Shown here: piece by piece, positions 20,218 through 31,700 of the stretch
Layout of the letters: every line of letters begins with the position of its first letter
Numbering within the stretch: the first letter of the stretch is position 1
DNA from: Candidatus Heimdallarchaeota archaeon
GTDB lineage: Archaea; Asgardarchaeota; Heimdallarchaeia; Hodarchaeales; Hodarchaeaceae
Assembly (NCBI GenBank): GCA_020353515.1
Contig: CP070695.1
Location: 4,879,466 to 4,943,465, forward strand
Direction: 5' to 3'
DNA length: 64,000 nucleotides
Translations under genes and position numbers: made by a program
Notes under the pieces: model-generated
Seen by the model: only the letters and a program-made list of their open reading frames with translations
Databases searched by the model: none
What the model was told of the DNA's origin: nothing

Positions 20218-21798
20218 TTGACAATCAGCAATCACTCTACTGCCCATTCTACAGACCAATTTGCTGTAAAAATGGTTAATATTGTAAAACAATTTCCTGG
20301 TGTCTTAGCGAATGATCATATCAATCTTGAAATCAAGAGTGGGGAAATTCATGCACTATTGGGAGAGAATGGTGCTGGAAAAACAACTTTAATGAACATT
20401 TTATATGGCCTTTACGGACCAGATGGGAAGGAGGGGAAGATATTCGTTGATGGGAAGGAAGTATCAATTAAACAACCAATGGATGCTATGTCACTCGGCA
20501 TCGGTATGGTACATCAACATTTTATGTTAGTCCCAATCATGACTGTTGCAGAGAATGTTATTCTTGGTTCCGAACCTACATTCAATGGAATTCGGCTTGA
20601 TCAATCGTCAATGAGACGAGAAGTAGCAAGAATCTCTCGTGAATATGGACTTGAAATAGATCCAGACGCCAAAATAGAGAAACTCCCAGTTGGCTTACAA
20701 CAAAGAGTTGAAATTGTTAAAATTCTCTATCGAGGGGCAAATATTCTAATTTTAGATGAACCTACTGCTGTTCTTGTCCCACAAGAAGTAACTGCATTGT
20801 TTAAGACACTACGAATACTACAGCAACAAGGGAAAACTATTATCATTATTACTCACAAATTAAAGGAACCAATGGCTTTAGCTGATCGTATCACTGTCTT
20901 AAGACGGGGTAAATTCATTGGGACAGTTGAGAGTTCGCAGACCTCTCCTGAAGAATTAGCTGAAATGATGATTGGCCGAAAATTATTGAAAATTCAAAAG
21001 AATCCTACTGAGAAAGGTGAGATCATATTAAGAGTACAAGACCTAACTGTGGAAGATGATAGGGGCCAAATTGCCGTTCATGGAGTGAATTTTGATATTC
21101 GGGGTGGAGAAATTCTTGGTATCGCTGGTGTGGTAGGAAATGGCCAATTAGAACTTGTTGAAGCAATTACAGGACTTAGAACCATTTTGAATGGTTCTAT
21201 TCAATTATTAGATTCTAATATAACTGATCTCGGGACTCGGACTATTTATGACCTAGGATTATCATATATTCCGGAAGATCGTCAAAAAACAGGATCTGTT
21301 GGAGCTTTCACAGTAGCAGAGAACCTGATTATTGGATTACATCATCGTAAGAAATGGTACAGGAAAGGATTACTCTCGAAATTTTTAAATTGGGGAAAAG
21401 TATATACTGAATCTAGAGGAATGACGAAGCAATTTGACATAAGAACTCCTTCCATCTTCACTAAAGTTCGTTCTTTAAGTGGTGGTAATCAACAAAAAGT
21501 AATTGTCGCTAGAGAATTGTCCAAAAATCCTTCAGTAGTCCTTGCTGGCCAACCCACGAGGGGATTGGACGTTGGGGTGATTGAATATGTCCATAGAAGA
21601 CTCATAGAAATGAGAGATGAAGGAAAAGCTGTGTTATTAGTCTCTAGTGATTTAGATGAATTATTAACGTTATCAGACCGCATTGCTGTGATGTATGAAG
21701 GAGAAATAATATCCTATGAAGACCCTCAAAATACAAGTGAACAAAGACTTGGATTGTTAATGGCAGGGCATGTAGATAAAATCAATTCGATAAATTAA
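20218..21798 (+). CDS. Nucleoside/sugar (CUT2) ABC transporter ATP-binding protein, two ABC domains
   Basis: GENGAGKTT, LILDEPT, IPEDR, LSGGNQQK, QPTRGLD. Confidence 0.95.
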   Translation: MTISNHSTAHSTDQFAVKMVNIVKQFPGVLANDHINLEIKSGEIHALLGENGAGKTTLMNILYGLYGPDGKEGKIFVDGKEVSIKQPMDAMSLGIGMVHQHFMLVPIMTVAENVILGSEPTFNGIRLDQSSMRREVARISREYGLEIDPDAKIEKLPVGLQQRVEIVKILYRGANILILDEPTAVLVPQEVTALFKTLRILQQQGKTIIIITHKLKEPMALADRITVLRRGKFIGTVESSQTSPEELAEMMIGRKLLKIQKNPTEKGEIILRVQDLTVEDDRGQIAVHGVNFDIRGGEILGIAGVVGNGQLELVEAITGLRTILNGSIQLLDSNITDLGTRTIYDLGLSYIPEDRQKTGSVGAFTVAENLIIGLHHRKKWYRKGLLSKFLNWGKVYTESRGMTKQFDIRTPSIFTKVRSLSGGNQQKVIVARELSKNPSVVLAGQPTRGLDVGVIEYVHRRLIEMRDEGKAVLLVSSDLDELLTLSDRIAVMYEGEIISYEDPQNTSEQRLGLLMAGHVDKINSIN

Positions 21799-21799
21799 T

Positions 21800-24718
21800 G
21801 TGATTTTTATGACTGAACCCATCTTAGTAGCAGACCAAGAACGAAGATCATGGCAAGAGATACTTAGTGATATAGGGAATCGAATTGCCGTTCCTATTAT
21901 TTCTATACTCTTAGCTTTCATATTAGGCATATTTACATTCCTTTTTATGGGATATGACCCCATTTTTGCGCTTTATACAATTACTCTTGGGATGTTCACG
22001 CTTGAAAACTTACCTGACATCCTATTTTTTGCCACACCACTTATTTTTACAGGTCTTTCTGTCGCAGTAGCTTTTAGAGCTGGAATGTTCAACATTGGAG
22101 CTGAGGGTCAATTGTATTTCGGCGCCTTCATCACAGCATTAGTAGGATTTGGCTTAAATCGGTACTTAGGAATCGAATTTGAAAAAATTTTTAGTGGGTT
22201 TCTTGGCGCAGAGATTGGTGCGCTTTTAGCAGCATTGATAATGATTCCTCTACTGATGATAGTAGGAGCTGTTGGTGGGGCCCTTTGGGCACTGGTTCCC
22301 GCAATATTAAAAGCCAGGGGTGTTCACGAAGTAATTACTACAATCATGATGAATTATGTCGCACTCTTCCTCATGTTATTTTTTGTGGGAGACATATCTT
22401 CTCCTTTCACAGAAGAATATGGTGGTGGAAATTTAGCCCCACAGACACCATTAATTGCTTCAGCAGGAAAAATGCCTACTATTTTAGACAAGTCGGTATC
22501 TGATCTTCACTGGGGGTTTATTTTTGGTATATTAGCATGCATTGTCATTTTTATTATTTTATGGAAAACTCAAATTGGATATGAAGCAAGAGCAGTAGGA
22601 CATAATCCAGATGCAGCGAGATATGGAGGAATAAGTGTCCCAAGAACCTACATCAAAATTATGTTGATATCAGGAGCTCTTGCGGGACTTGCAGGAGCAT
22701 TGGAAATAATGGGATTCCATTATCGCTTTATTGCTGGTTTCAGTGCTGGATATGGCTTTGATGGTATCGCAGTAGCATTAATAGGAGGAAATCATCCGTT
22801 TGGAGTCATTTTCGGCGCCATCCTCTTTGGATGGCTTAAGGATGCAGGTACAGCTCTACAGGTAGCCGGAATTCCAAGAGACGTTGCAAATACGTTGAAA
22901 GGTGTTATTGTCTTCTTTGTTGCTATCCCCTTGCTCTCAATGTCGATTGTTACTTATTTAGGTAAAACTACCCAAGGTGATTGGTTAAAAGAAAAAGGAA
23001 ACGATCTAGTTACGCTGATTAGAAATTCAATTCAATCAGATATGAAATCATATCTAATTCCAATTGGACTGATAATATACTTCGTTATTTACACTCAAAT
23101 TGATCCTTGGATGAACATGTTAGTTAGGACAATTTATCTCATATTATTTGAGAGTTATTTAATACGTCCAATCTACATATTCCAACCAATTCTAAGCACT
23201 GTTTTCTTTTGTTTAACCATCTTATTTTATTTTCTGCTTAAAAAGAAAGATTATTGGAGTAATATCTCTAATAATTTGTTTATTCTAGTCATAATTTTTC
23301 AAGGATTTGTGGAATTCATTTTCCTCATTGAACTATTTGGACAAGATCTTGTTCTTTTTGGATTATTTACTCTAACAATAAGTTCTATATGCTTCTTTGA
23401 ATGGCTAGCTCGTGAAAAAAAGGATAAGTTGCTGGCTCTTGGAGAAATACAGCTTCCATCCAACAAAAAACCAATACTGGTTTACTTAATTCCTTCTTTA
23501 TTTTTCTTGGTTCTGACAATTATTATGATAATATTTGGTTCAACTAGTTTTCCAATCACCGTTAATCTATTCTTTTTTACCTTAGACGACTTTGGAACAG
23601 CACTTGGAATGATAGGAGCTTTAATACTAATTGTAAGTATATTAGCATTTCGAAAAGTCACCTTACCCCGAGATCGTTCAAAAGTATTCTTTTTACCCTA
23701 CATATTCATTCTTCTTGTATTCATCTGTGGGCTTCAAACTTCATATTTTATATTCGAAACTGACCCTTTCCTATTAATGTCAATGACCTTGAGCATAGCT
23801 GCTCCAATTGGGTTTGCATCCTTGGGAGGAATGTTTTCTGAAAAATCAGGAGTTGTTAACATCGGCCTTGAAGGCATGCTTCTGAGTGGAGCCTTTGTAG
23901 CTGTTTGGCTCACTTCAATAACAGGGGATCCTTGGATCGGTGTTTTAGGAGCAATCGTTGGTGGGGCATTGATGGGTCTTTTACACGCAATTGCATCAAT
24001 CAAATATCGTGCTGATCAGGTTGTCGTAGGAGTAGCAATCAACATTGTTGCTAGCGCAATTACTACACTGGGATTATTTGTCGTTTGGGGCGTTCGTGGA
24101 ACTAGTCCACGTGTGGCTAGAATTGATAATATTAAAATACCATTTTTAGAGGAAGTCCCAATTATTGGAGAATTTCTGCATGATCTCGCTGGTGGATCCC
24201 CAGGTATTGACCCCATGGTTATAATCTTCATTATACTGATATTTGTGTCAGCATGGGTTATTCAGCGAACCTCCTTTGGACTCAGAGTTCGGGCTGTAGG
24301 AGAACATCCCCGTGCAGCTGATACACTCGGTATTAATGTCTATTATCTACGGTACGTTTGTGTTGTACTATCAGGTGTTTTCGCAGCTCTTGGAGGTGCA
24401 GCCTTAACTTTAGGTGACTCCCCAATTTTTAGACAAAACATGTCATCTGGTAGAGGATTTGTAGCTCTTGCTGCATTGATCTTTGGAGGCTGGAGTCCGA
24501 TTGGGGCCGCCTTGGCGAGTTTATTATTTGGATTTGCGTACGCTTTTCGATTCCAATTGGAGGCAGCAGGTGTTGGGTGGATTGTATGGGGTTTACACCT
24601 TGAAAAATTAACTCCTACAATGCCCTATCTAATAACAATTGTTGCTGTTGCAGCCATTGCCAAACGAATGAGACCCCCCGCAGCAGATGGGATTCCATAC
24701 ATAAAAGAAGGCGGATAA
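21800..24718 (+). CDS. Fused nucleoside ABC permease (two BPD_transp_2 domains plus extra TM linker)
   Basis: Domain 1 FNIGAEGQ, EVITTIMMNY, GFDGIAVAL; domain 2 SEKSGVVNIGLEG, GEHPRAADTLG, GRGFVALAA. Confidence 0.9.
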   Translation: MIFMTEPILVADQERRSWQEILSDIGNRIAVPIISILLAFILGIFTFLFMGYDPIFALYTITLGMFTLENLPDILFFATPLIFTGLSVAVAFRAGMFNIGAEGQLYFGAFITALVGFGLNRYLGIEFEKIFSGFLGAEIGALLAALIMIPLLMIVGAVGGALWALVPAILKARGVHEVITTIMMNYVALFLMLFFVGDISSPFTEEYGGGNLAPQTPLIASAGKMPTILDKSVSDLHWGFIFGILACIVIFIILWKTQIGYEARAVGHNPDAARYGGISVPRTYIKIMLISGALAGLAGALEIMGFHYRFIAGFSAGYGFDGIAVALIGGNHPFGVIFGAILFGWLKDAGTALQVAGIPRDVANTLKGVIVFFVAIPLLSMSIVTYLGKTTQGDWLKEKGNDLVTLIRNSIQSDMKSYLIPIGLIIYFVIYTQIDPWMNMLVRTIYLILFESYLIRPIYIFQPILSTVFFCLTILFYFLLKKKDYWSNISNNLFILVIIFQGFVEFIFLIELFGQDLVLFGLFTLTISSICFFEWLAREKKDKLLALGEIQLPSNKKPILVYLIPSLFFLVLTIIMIIFGSTSFPITVNLFFFTLDDFGTALGMIGALILIVSILAFRKVTLPRDRSKVFFLPYIFILLVFICGLQTSYFIFETDPFLLMSMTLSIAAPIGFASLGGMFSEKSGVVNIGLEGMLLSGAFVAVWLTSITGDPWIGVLGAIVGGALMGLLHAIASIKYRADQVVVGVAINIVASAITTLGLFVVWGVRGTSPRVARIDNIKIPFLEEVPIIGEFLHDLAGGSPGIDPMVIIFIILIFVSAWVIQRTSFGLRVRAVGEHPRAADTLGINVYYLRYVCVVLSGVFAALGGAALTLGDSPIFRQNMSSGRGFVALAALIFGGWSPIGAALASLLFGFAYAFRFQLEAAGVGWIVWGLHLEKLTPTMPYLITIVAVAAIAKRMRPPAADGIPYIKEGG

Positions 24719-24759
24719 ATCATCAAGACATTATCCCACCTTCCCAATAACAACTTAAT

Positions 24760-25503
24760 TTATGGTTCTAAAGCTTCTATCGCCGCAATGGTACATTCAA
24801 TGGACTTTTGAACCCCTAGTTCGAAAATCTTTTTATTTTTTTCAACATCACCAGTATAGATATTCACTCTATCTTCTAAATTCCCATCAGAAGTCAAAAT
24901 TACCCCTGTTTCGATTTTTTTATTTGATCCAAAAATAAATAATGTTGAAGATTCCATTTCAACACATACAGCCCCATTGGGAGTATATTTTGTATAATGG
25001 TTTGTTTCATCTGAATAATATATGTCAGTAGACCAGACTATTCCTGTATTATATGAAACACCGAGATTGCTTGCAGCTGTACACAAAGCTTGATAGATTC
25101 TAGGTGTGGCAACAGCTGGCACCTCTAGTGGTGCTAATTGGGATGAAGTTCCCTCATCTCGGATTGCGGAATGTGGTATAAATAATGAACCAATACCCAT
25201 ATCATTCCCACCAATTAAAGCCGCTGTTGAACCTACTCTTATAAAAAATCTTCCCCCAGCACGAAATGCTTCTTCTAACACGATTGCTGTACTAGGACAA
25301 CCCATTCCTGTCGTTAATACTGTTACAGGGATATATTTCTTCGGGGTTTTTCCTTTATACGCCACAAGGCCACGATGATCAGCTGAAAGGTGGGATTCTT
25401 GTAAATAACTAGCAATGATTGGAACCCTATCAGGATTACCGCTTATCAAACAAAATTTGTCCACTTTTTTTAATTTGATATGAGGCTGCTTACTCAAAGT
25501 CAT
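24760..25503 (-). CDS. Nucleoside phosphorylase (uridine/purine NP-I family)
   Basis: GNPDRV, TGMGCPS, RVGST, AIRDEGTS, VEMES. Confidence 0.9.
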   Translation of the reverse strand: MTLSKQPHIKLKKVDKFCLISGNPDRVPIIASYLQESHLSADHRGLVAYKGKTPKKYIPVTVLTTGMGCPSTAIVLEEAFRAGGRFFIRVGSTAALIGGNDMGIGSLFIPHSAIRDEGTSSQLAPLEVPAVATPRIYQALCTAASNLGVSYNTGIVWSTDIYYSDETNHYTKYTPNGAVCVEMESSTLFIFGSNKKIETGVILTSDGNLEDRVNIYTGDVEKNKKIFELGVQKSIECTIAAIEALEP

Positions 25504-25585
25504 GATTTCATCATCCTTGACAGTTATTCAGAGCGAAAACAAGTTTTTTAAAAAAATAATTCAACTTGGTTCTAGTGTGAATGGT

Positions 25586-26824
25586 ATGGAAATTGTTGTC
25601 ATTCCCTTTTTTTCTCCTGTTTCCAATGAGAAAACACGATCAAAACTTATCTCTAATATTTCATCAACTGGAATACGTATTTATAGCACATTGGAGTATC
25701 TTGATGCATTTAAGAGTCTCGAAATGAAAGAGAATTTTCTTGAACATCGATTATTTCTTTTCGTTGGTACTGGAGGGACTGAAAACGCTATTGCTGACTT
25801 TATTACCAAATTGGAAGAAAAAAAACGTATTATTTTATTGAGTTATAATCTTAACAACTCTCTCCCCGCTGCAATGGAAGCGCGCACTTTTCTCACCCAA
25901 AAAGGGTATCCAACACGAATTCAACATGGAACAATGGATAAAATAATTGATTATTTAACACGACATCAAAAATATGTCAAGATTCTTGAGAAGCTCACAT
26001 CAGCAAGAATTGGTTTAGTAGGAACATCTTCGGAATGGCTTATAGCATCTCAAGTGGATGAGGAACAAGTTAGCAAGAATTGGGGGACACAATTTGTCCA
26101 TATTCCTATTTCAAATTTGATTCAAAAAATAGATAAGGGCGCTATTACTCTGGGAAAGATAGGACAACAATTCATTGATCAAGCGACAAACTGTAGTATA
26201 AGTAAAGATGAAGTTCAAGCTGCTGAAATTGTCCTATCAGCCCTTACTAAACTCTATCATAAATATAATTTGTCAGCAATTTCTGTGGAATGCTTTACAT
26301 TCGTCTTAGAAACTGACATCACATCATGCTTTGCATTATCCTATTTAAATGACCAAGGTATGATAGCAGGATGTGAAGGGGATCTTCCTACGACATTTAC
26401 CATGTTAGTCTCACATTTAATCTGTGGAAAACCTGTTTTTATGGCGAATGTCGTTGACATAAATGATGAAACAAATACTGTAAAGTTAGCTCATTGTACC
26501 ATCCCTATACGAATGGTAACTAATTATTCAATAATATCACATTTTGAAACAAACAAGAGTGTGGCAATTCGGGGATCTCTTCCTGAAGAGCAAATAGTGA
26601 CAATACTTAAAGTAGGTGGGAGTAATCTTTCAAAATGGTGGGTTGCAAAAGGATGTATTACGAAGAATCTTGCTAATAACGCAGCCTGTCGAACTCATGT
26701 TGAAGTCAAATTAGATCGCTCTGTTGAGTATTTTCTTCAAGGATCGATTGCAAATCACCATTGTCTTCTCCTTGGGGATTATGTTGAAGAGATTACTGAA
26801 TTTTTGCAATTCTCCTTGGGTTGA
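25586..26824 (+). CDS. L-fucose/L-arabinose isomerase-like protein
   Basis: GTGGTE, NSLPAAME, GCEGD, LAHCTIP, NHH; start probably ATG 25586. Confidence 0.75.
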   Translation: MEIVVIPFFSPVSNEKTRSKLISNISSTGIRIYSTLEYLDAFKSLEMKENFLEHRLFLFVGTGGTENAIADFITKLEEKKRIILLSYNLNNSLPAAMEARTFLTQKGYPTRIQHGTMDKIIDYLTRHQKYVKILEKLTSARIGLVGTSSEWLIASQVDEEQVSKNWGTQFVHIPISNLIQKIDKGAITLGKIGQQFIDQATNCSISKDEVQAAEIVLSALTKLYHKYNLSAISVECFTFVLETDITSCFALSYLNDQGMIAGCEGDLPTTFTMLVSHLICGKPVFMANVVDINDETNTVKLAHCTIPIRMVTNYSIISHFETNKSVAIRGSLPEEQIVTILKVGGSNLSKWWVAKGCITKNLANNAACRTHVEVKLDRSVEYFLQGSIANHHCLLLGDYVEEITEFLQFSLG

Positions 26825-26859
26825 TTTATTTATCTATCTACCTTAACCTCGGGGATTAT

Positions 26860-27876
26860 TTAATTTCTCTGTGTTAATAGTCCTTGCTTTTTTAACCAGG
26901 ACACAGCGTTATGGACTGATGATCCGAAATCAACTGTAGGATTAAATCCTAGTTCCTTTTTGGCTTTTGAATTTATGTAGCTTCGACTAGTTTGTAATTT
27001 TTTGACTGCATTCGGATAAAGAATGAAATTTTTCACTCCTCGGATTTTATAATAAACTCTGAATAAAGGAACACCTATTCTTGCAAGAAAAACAGGGATA
27101 TGATAAGTTGATGATTTTAACCCAAGACTATTGCATATGGTTTTAACTACTTCATTCCAAGTTTGAGCTTGATTTGATGCAAGATTATATATTTGACCTA
27201 TTGATTTTTCTGGCTTTTCAATGATTTTAATGAAACCTTGTACAATATCTTCAATATCTGTCCAGTGTATGGTTCCTTTACCTGACCCTGGAAGAAATTT
27301 CGGAAGTAAAATGAGTTTCTTTTCAACAGCTAGTATTAAATCAGTAAATGGAAAACAATCCCCAAATCCAATGACACCAGTTGGCCTTGCGATAGTCAGA
27401 GGAAATCCCCGCCGTTCTTGCATTTCTATTAGAATTTTTTCAGCTTCCATTTTAGTTTTACCATAGATCTCATCAGGATTATAATCTGATTCTTCTGTAC
27501 CATTTATGACTTTTCCTAGAGCTTCAGTGGTAGAACAATATACAAAATGCTGAATTTGACCATCTAGACACGCTTCTGCTAATTTTTGAGTAGCTACAAC
27601 ATTACGGGAGAAGAGTATATCTTCTGGGGCACGATTCCAGTTTTTATAAGGAGAAGCAAAGTGAACCACAATATCCATGCCCTCTACAGCAGATCCAAAA
27701 GTTGTGAAATCCGTTAAATCAAAATCAATGAATTTAACATTAAATTTTTCTAAGTCCTCAATATTAGAACTTTTTCTTACAGCACTATAAACATCATAAT
27801 CGGTTCTCTCTGCAATTAACGCTTGTACAAATGCGTTACCTATAAATCCAGTGGCCCCTGTTACAAGGATTTTCAT
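26860..27876 (-). CDS. Extended SDR NAD-dependent epimerase/dehydratase (3-beta-HSD-like)
   Basis: VTGATGFIG, YGKTK (YxxxK), ARPT. Confidence 0.88.
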   Translation of the reverse strand: MKILVTGATGFIGNAFVQALIAERTDYDVYSAVRKSSNIEDLEKFNVKFIDFDLTDFTTFGSAVEGMDIVVHFASPYKNWNRAPEDILFSRNVVATQKLAEACLDGQIQHFVYCSTTEALGKVINGTEESDYNPDEIYGKTKMEAEKILIEMQERRGFPLTIARPTGVIGFGDCFPFTDLILAVEKKLILLPKFLPGSGKGTIHWTDIEDIVQGFIKIIEKPEKSIGQIYNLASNQAQTWNEVVKTICNSLGLKSSTYHIPVFLARIGVPLFRVYYKIRGVKNFILYPNAVKKLQTSRSYINSKAKKELGFNPTVDFGSSVHNAVSWLKKQGLLTQRN

Positions 27877-27910
27877 TAGAATCGAAAAAAAGACTTATGA
27901 ATGACATTAA

Positions 27911-28597
27911 TTAAATTTCGACTTTTTTAAGTACAGTCTCTAAATCAACTGGAAGTGAGAATGTCTGTGCCTTTTGTACCTCTTCTAGAGCGGAAGTTTG
28001 TATTATGTCAGTCATGCGATCATAAATTCGTGTAATAACTTCTAGCTGACCTCTCGTCTCTGGATATTTAGGATTAATACTACAACAACCTCCTGGTTGA
28101 ATAGAAAGATCATAAAAACCCCATTTTTTCGAAAGCTGAACAATCTCTTCTTTATTATACCCTATTAGAGGTCTAAATGTAGGTATATCAACTTTGGAGA
28201 CAACTATCGGTAAATTATCCAAGGTTTGACTTGCCTGTTCACCTAAAATTTCTCCCGTGACGATAATATCAGCTCCAATTTGTTGAGCGTACATCTCTGC
28301 TTTGACAAACATCTGCATTCGACACAGTAAGCATGTTTGACGAATTTCTACCCCTTTAAGATTATTTAATACAGCTTCTTGGCTTTTACCATTAGGAATA
28401 ATCGTTAAAAACATAGGATATTTTGAATTACGCTCTAAAATCTTGTTACTAAGAGCGACAACCTTTTCTAGAGTCCCTAGTGAGTGAAATGGAAAATTAT
28501 GATAATGTACTAAAAATAGATGAAATCCGTTTAAAATGGCAATCTGGCTTGCAACAGGACTATCTAGACCTCCAGAGATAAGACATACTGCTTTCAT
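27911..28597 (-). CDS. ThiI-like PP-loop sulfurtransferase lacking THUMP domain
   Basis: LISGGLDSPVA, CLLCR, TGE.LGEQASQT, RPLIGYNKEEI, GCC..P. Confidence 0.8.
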   Translation of the reverse strand: MKAVCLISGGLDSPVASQIAILNGFHLFLVHYHNFPFHSLGTLEKVVALSNKILERNSKYPMFLTIIPNGKSQEAVLNNLKGVEIRQTCLLCRMQMFVKAEMYAQQIGADIIVTGEILGEQASQTLDNLPIVVSKVDIPTFRPLIGYNKEEIVQLSKKWGFYDLSIQPGGCCSINPKYPETRGQLEVITRIYDRMTDIIQTSALEEVQKAQTFSLPVDLETVLKKVEI

Positions 28598-28744
28598 ATT
28601 GTAACTCTATCCAAATCGCTTTATGGTCAAAATACTCTAATTAAGAGCAACAAGCAATTTAATAATAATAAGAATGTCTATCTGAAAATATAAGTAAGAA
28701 AAAAAAAGGAGAAAGGAGTGAACAGAGGAAAAAGTGTCTTTTCC

Positions 28745-31700
28745 TTATGGTTCTTCTAGAATATCTATGTCATTGTGGAAAACCTTGTTACGGGAGAGTC
28801 TAGTGTCACTAGATCCAATGAGATGGATACCAATACTGTTGAAAAATACAAAGTTTCGTGAAAGACGATTGCTACTAGAATAGGAGAGACAAATACCTTC
28901 ATCGTTGTTATAAACAACGTTCCGAGAGATGTGATTTTTATTAGAAGAGTCGAGAAGTATGCCGAAATAGCTTCCTTGGATTAAGTTTCGGAAAATTCTA
29001 TTGTCATGTGAACCACTTATCAAAGCGATTCCAGCGTTACTGTTGTCTTTCAGGACATTACGACGAATTGAATTCTCACTAGATTCTTCTAAAAGAATGC
29101 CCGCTTCATAATTGTCTACAACAATATTTCTGCTAATTTTTATATGATCCGATCCAATGAGGATAATTCCATTAACCATATTTTGTTGAATATAGTTTCT
29201 GGTTATTTGATTCGTATTACTCCAGGCTATAACTATTCCATTCAGATTGTTTCCATTCACGAAATTTCTCTTGACTTCATTGAAATTAGATTCTCGGGTG
29301 AGAACAATTCCAGTCATACTGTTTTCAAAGACAACATTATCTTTGATAAGATTTACAGTTGAACCACGTAGATATATACCAATTGCACATTCATTAATTG
29401 TATTTCTCACAATGGAGTTTTTATTAGCTCTCCAAAAACCGATTCCAGCCCATACATTACTGTATATCTCATTATTGGCAATGTAATTGTGCGAAGCATA
29501 GTCATCATCCGTGGCTGGTAGCACGGAAACAATAGCTGTCTTTGTCCAAGCCTCTTGCAATACTCCGTCAAGATAGAATTGCGTTGTAAATTCGTGGTCT
29601 CTAACAGATAATGGATCCGAATAATAATCAATGTCATAGCGCCATTGTTCCCATCCCTCATCATAGTATATCTCTGAATGCCAGATGTCTACTGATTCGC
29701 CATCGACTGTCAATTCTACTTCAAGGGAATTATACCAATATAAAATGCCATCGTAGGTAGGATCTATAATGGTTATTTGCCACGAAATGTAATCCACTTC
29801 AGTAGCAGTGATGTCCTGCCCGTAACGCATGTGAACTTCGGTGTAGGAATCAATAGCAATACCATGGACTCCATTGCGATGAATGATATTTCCATCGATT
29901 GTATTGCCACTAGATGTGCCCATCAATTGGATTCCAGTTTCGTAATTATCGCTGACAATGTTCCCTATTATTCTATTGCTATCTGACTCCTCTAGGAGAA
30001 TCCCAAACATATTCTCTGTAATAGTATTTCCTGATACTAAGTGGTTTGAACAGTGATAAAGATTAAGTCCCGAATCAGCCCCATTAGAACTAATGTAGCT
30101 ATTAGTGAGTTCATTGAATTCAGAATTTCCGATCCAGATTCCCTGTTCAGAATTATAGGAAATAACATTCATATCGAGGATGTTGTAACTCGAAGTATCT
30201 AGTAAGATTCCAGCGAAACCATTCTCAGAGATGATATTCTGCGAGATATAGTTCTTGTGAGCTCTCCAGATATTGATTCCAGTCCAGCCATTGCTGAATA
30301 TTTCATTATTGACGATAGAATTGTGTGAAGCATAGTCATCGTCCGTAACAGGAAGCACCGAAACTATAGCTGTTGCTGTCCATTCCTCTCGCAATACTCC
30401 TTCAATAAAGAATTCCGTTGTAAATTCGTGATCTCCAATAGGTAACGGATCCGAGTAATAGTTAATGTCATAACGCCATTGCTGCCATTCTTCATCATAG
30501 TATATCTCTGAATACCAGATATCTACTACTTCGCCATCGATTGTCAATTCTGCTACAAGAGAATTGTACCAATATAAAATATCATCGTATTCTGGTTCTA
30601 AAAGGGTTACCTGCCACGAAATGTAATCTACTTCTGTAGCGGTAATATCCTCCCTGTAACGCATTTGTACTTCAGAGTAGGAATCTAGAGAAATACCACC
30701 GTTCCAGTTGTTGTAAATAACATTCTCCAAGAGAATATTGTTACTAGATTTCCCACCAAGACCAATACCAACCTCTGGATGCTCAGAAATTTCATTATAA
30801 ACTACAAGATTATAATTGGCTGAATCAAGATTGATACCGGTTTGACCGTTTCCACTGATCTCATTGCACTCAATCGTATTAAATTCAGAATAGATATCTC
30901 TACTATCGTCACCTGATAATCTAATACCCTCAAATCCATTTCCACTTACACAGTTTTCAGATATAATGTTATGAGAGCCTAAAAGTTCTATACCACAACC
31001 GATATTGTCAATTATCTGATTTTGGGTTATCATGTTATAGTGAGATCTCATAATAAAGATTCCACCCCATTCATTCCCAAATATCTCGTTTCCAGATAAA
31101 TAATTATGAGATACGTAATCTTCGTCCGTGGCAGGAATAATGGTAACATATGCCGTGTGTTCTAGTATGATTTCTCCTTCTAAGATACATTGAACTACAA
31201 ACTCGTGTTCTCCCACAGGTAAAGGATCCGAGAAATAATCAACATTGAAATGCCACTGATATGGCCATTCAGGGTCACCCCAATCATCCCAATAGACCTC
31301 AGAATACCAAACATCGACTAGTTCACCATCAACCGTCAAAAGGGTCTCTAAATTACTGTGATTGTACAAAGCTTGATCTTTATCTACATATCCCCATGTC
31401 ATTTGCCAAGAGATATAATCAGCTTCAGTAGCAGTGATGTCTTGCCAAAAACGCATAAAAACGTCCGAATACGAATCAAGACATATACCAGCACCCCCGT
31501 TATTATGAATCAAGTTTTCTGTAATACTATTTTCGCTAGCAACCCCTGAAATATCGATACCATTCCAGAAATTATCAAATATCTCATTATTGGTAAGGAT
31601 ATTAGAATTTGCAGACCGAACACCAATACCAACATTGTTTCCAAATATAATATTGGAGTCGACAATGTTGTCTGTAGAATCCTCAAGATAAATACCATCG

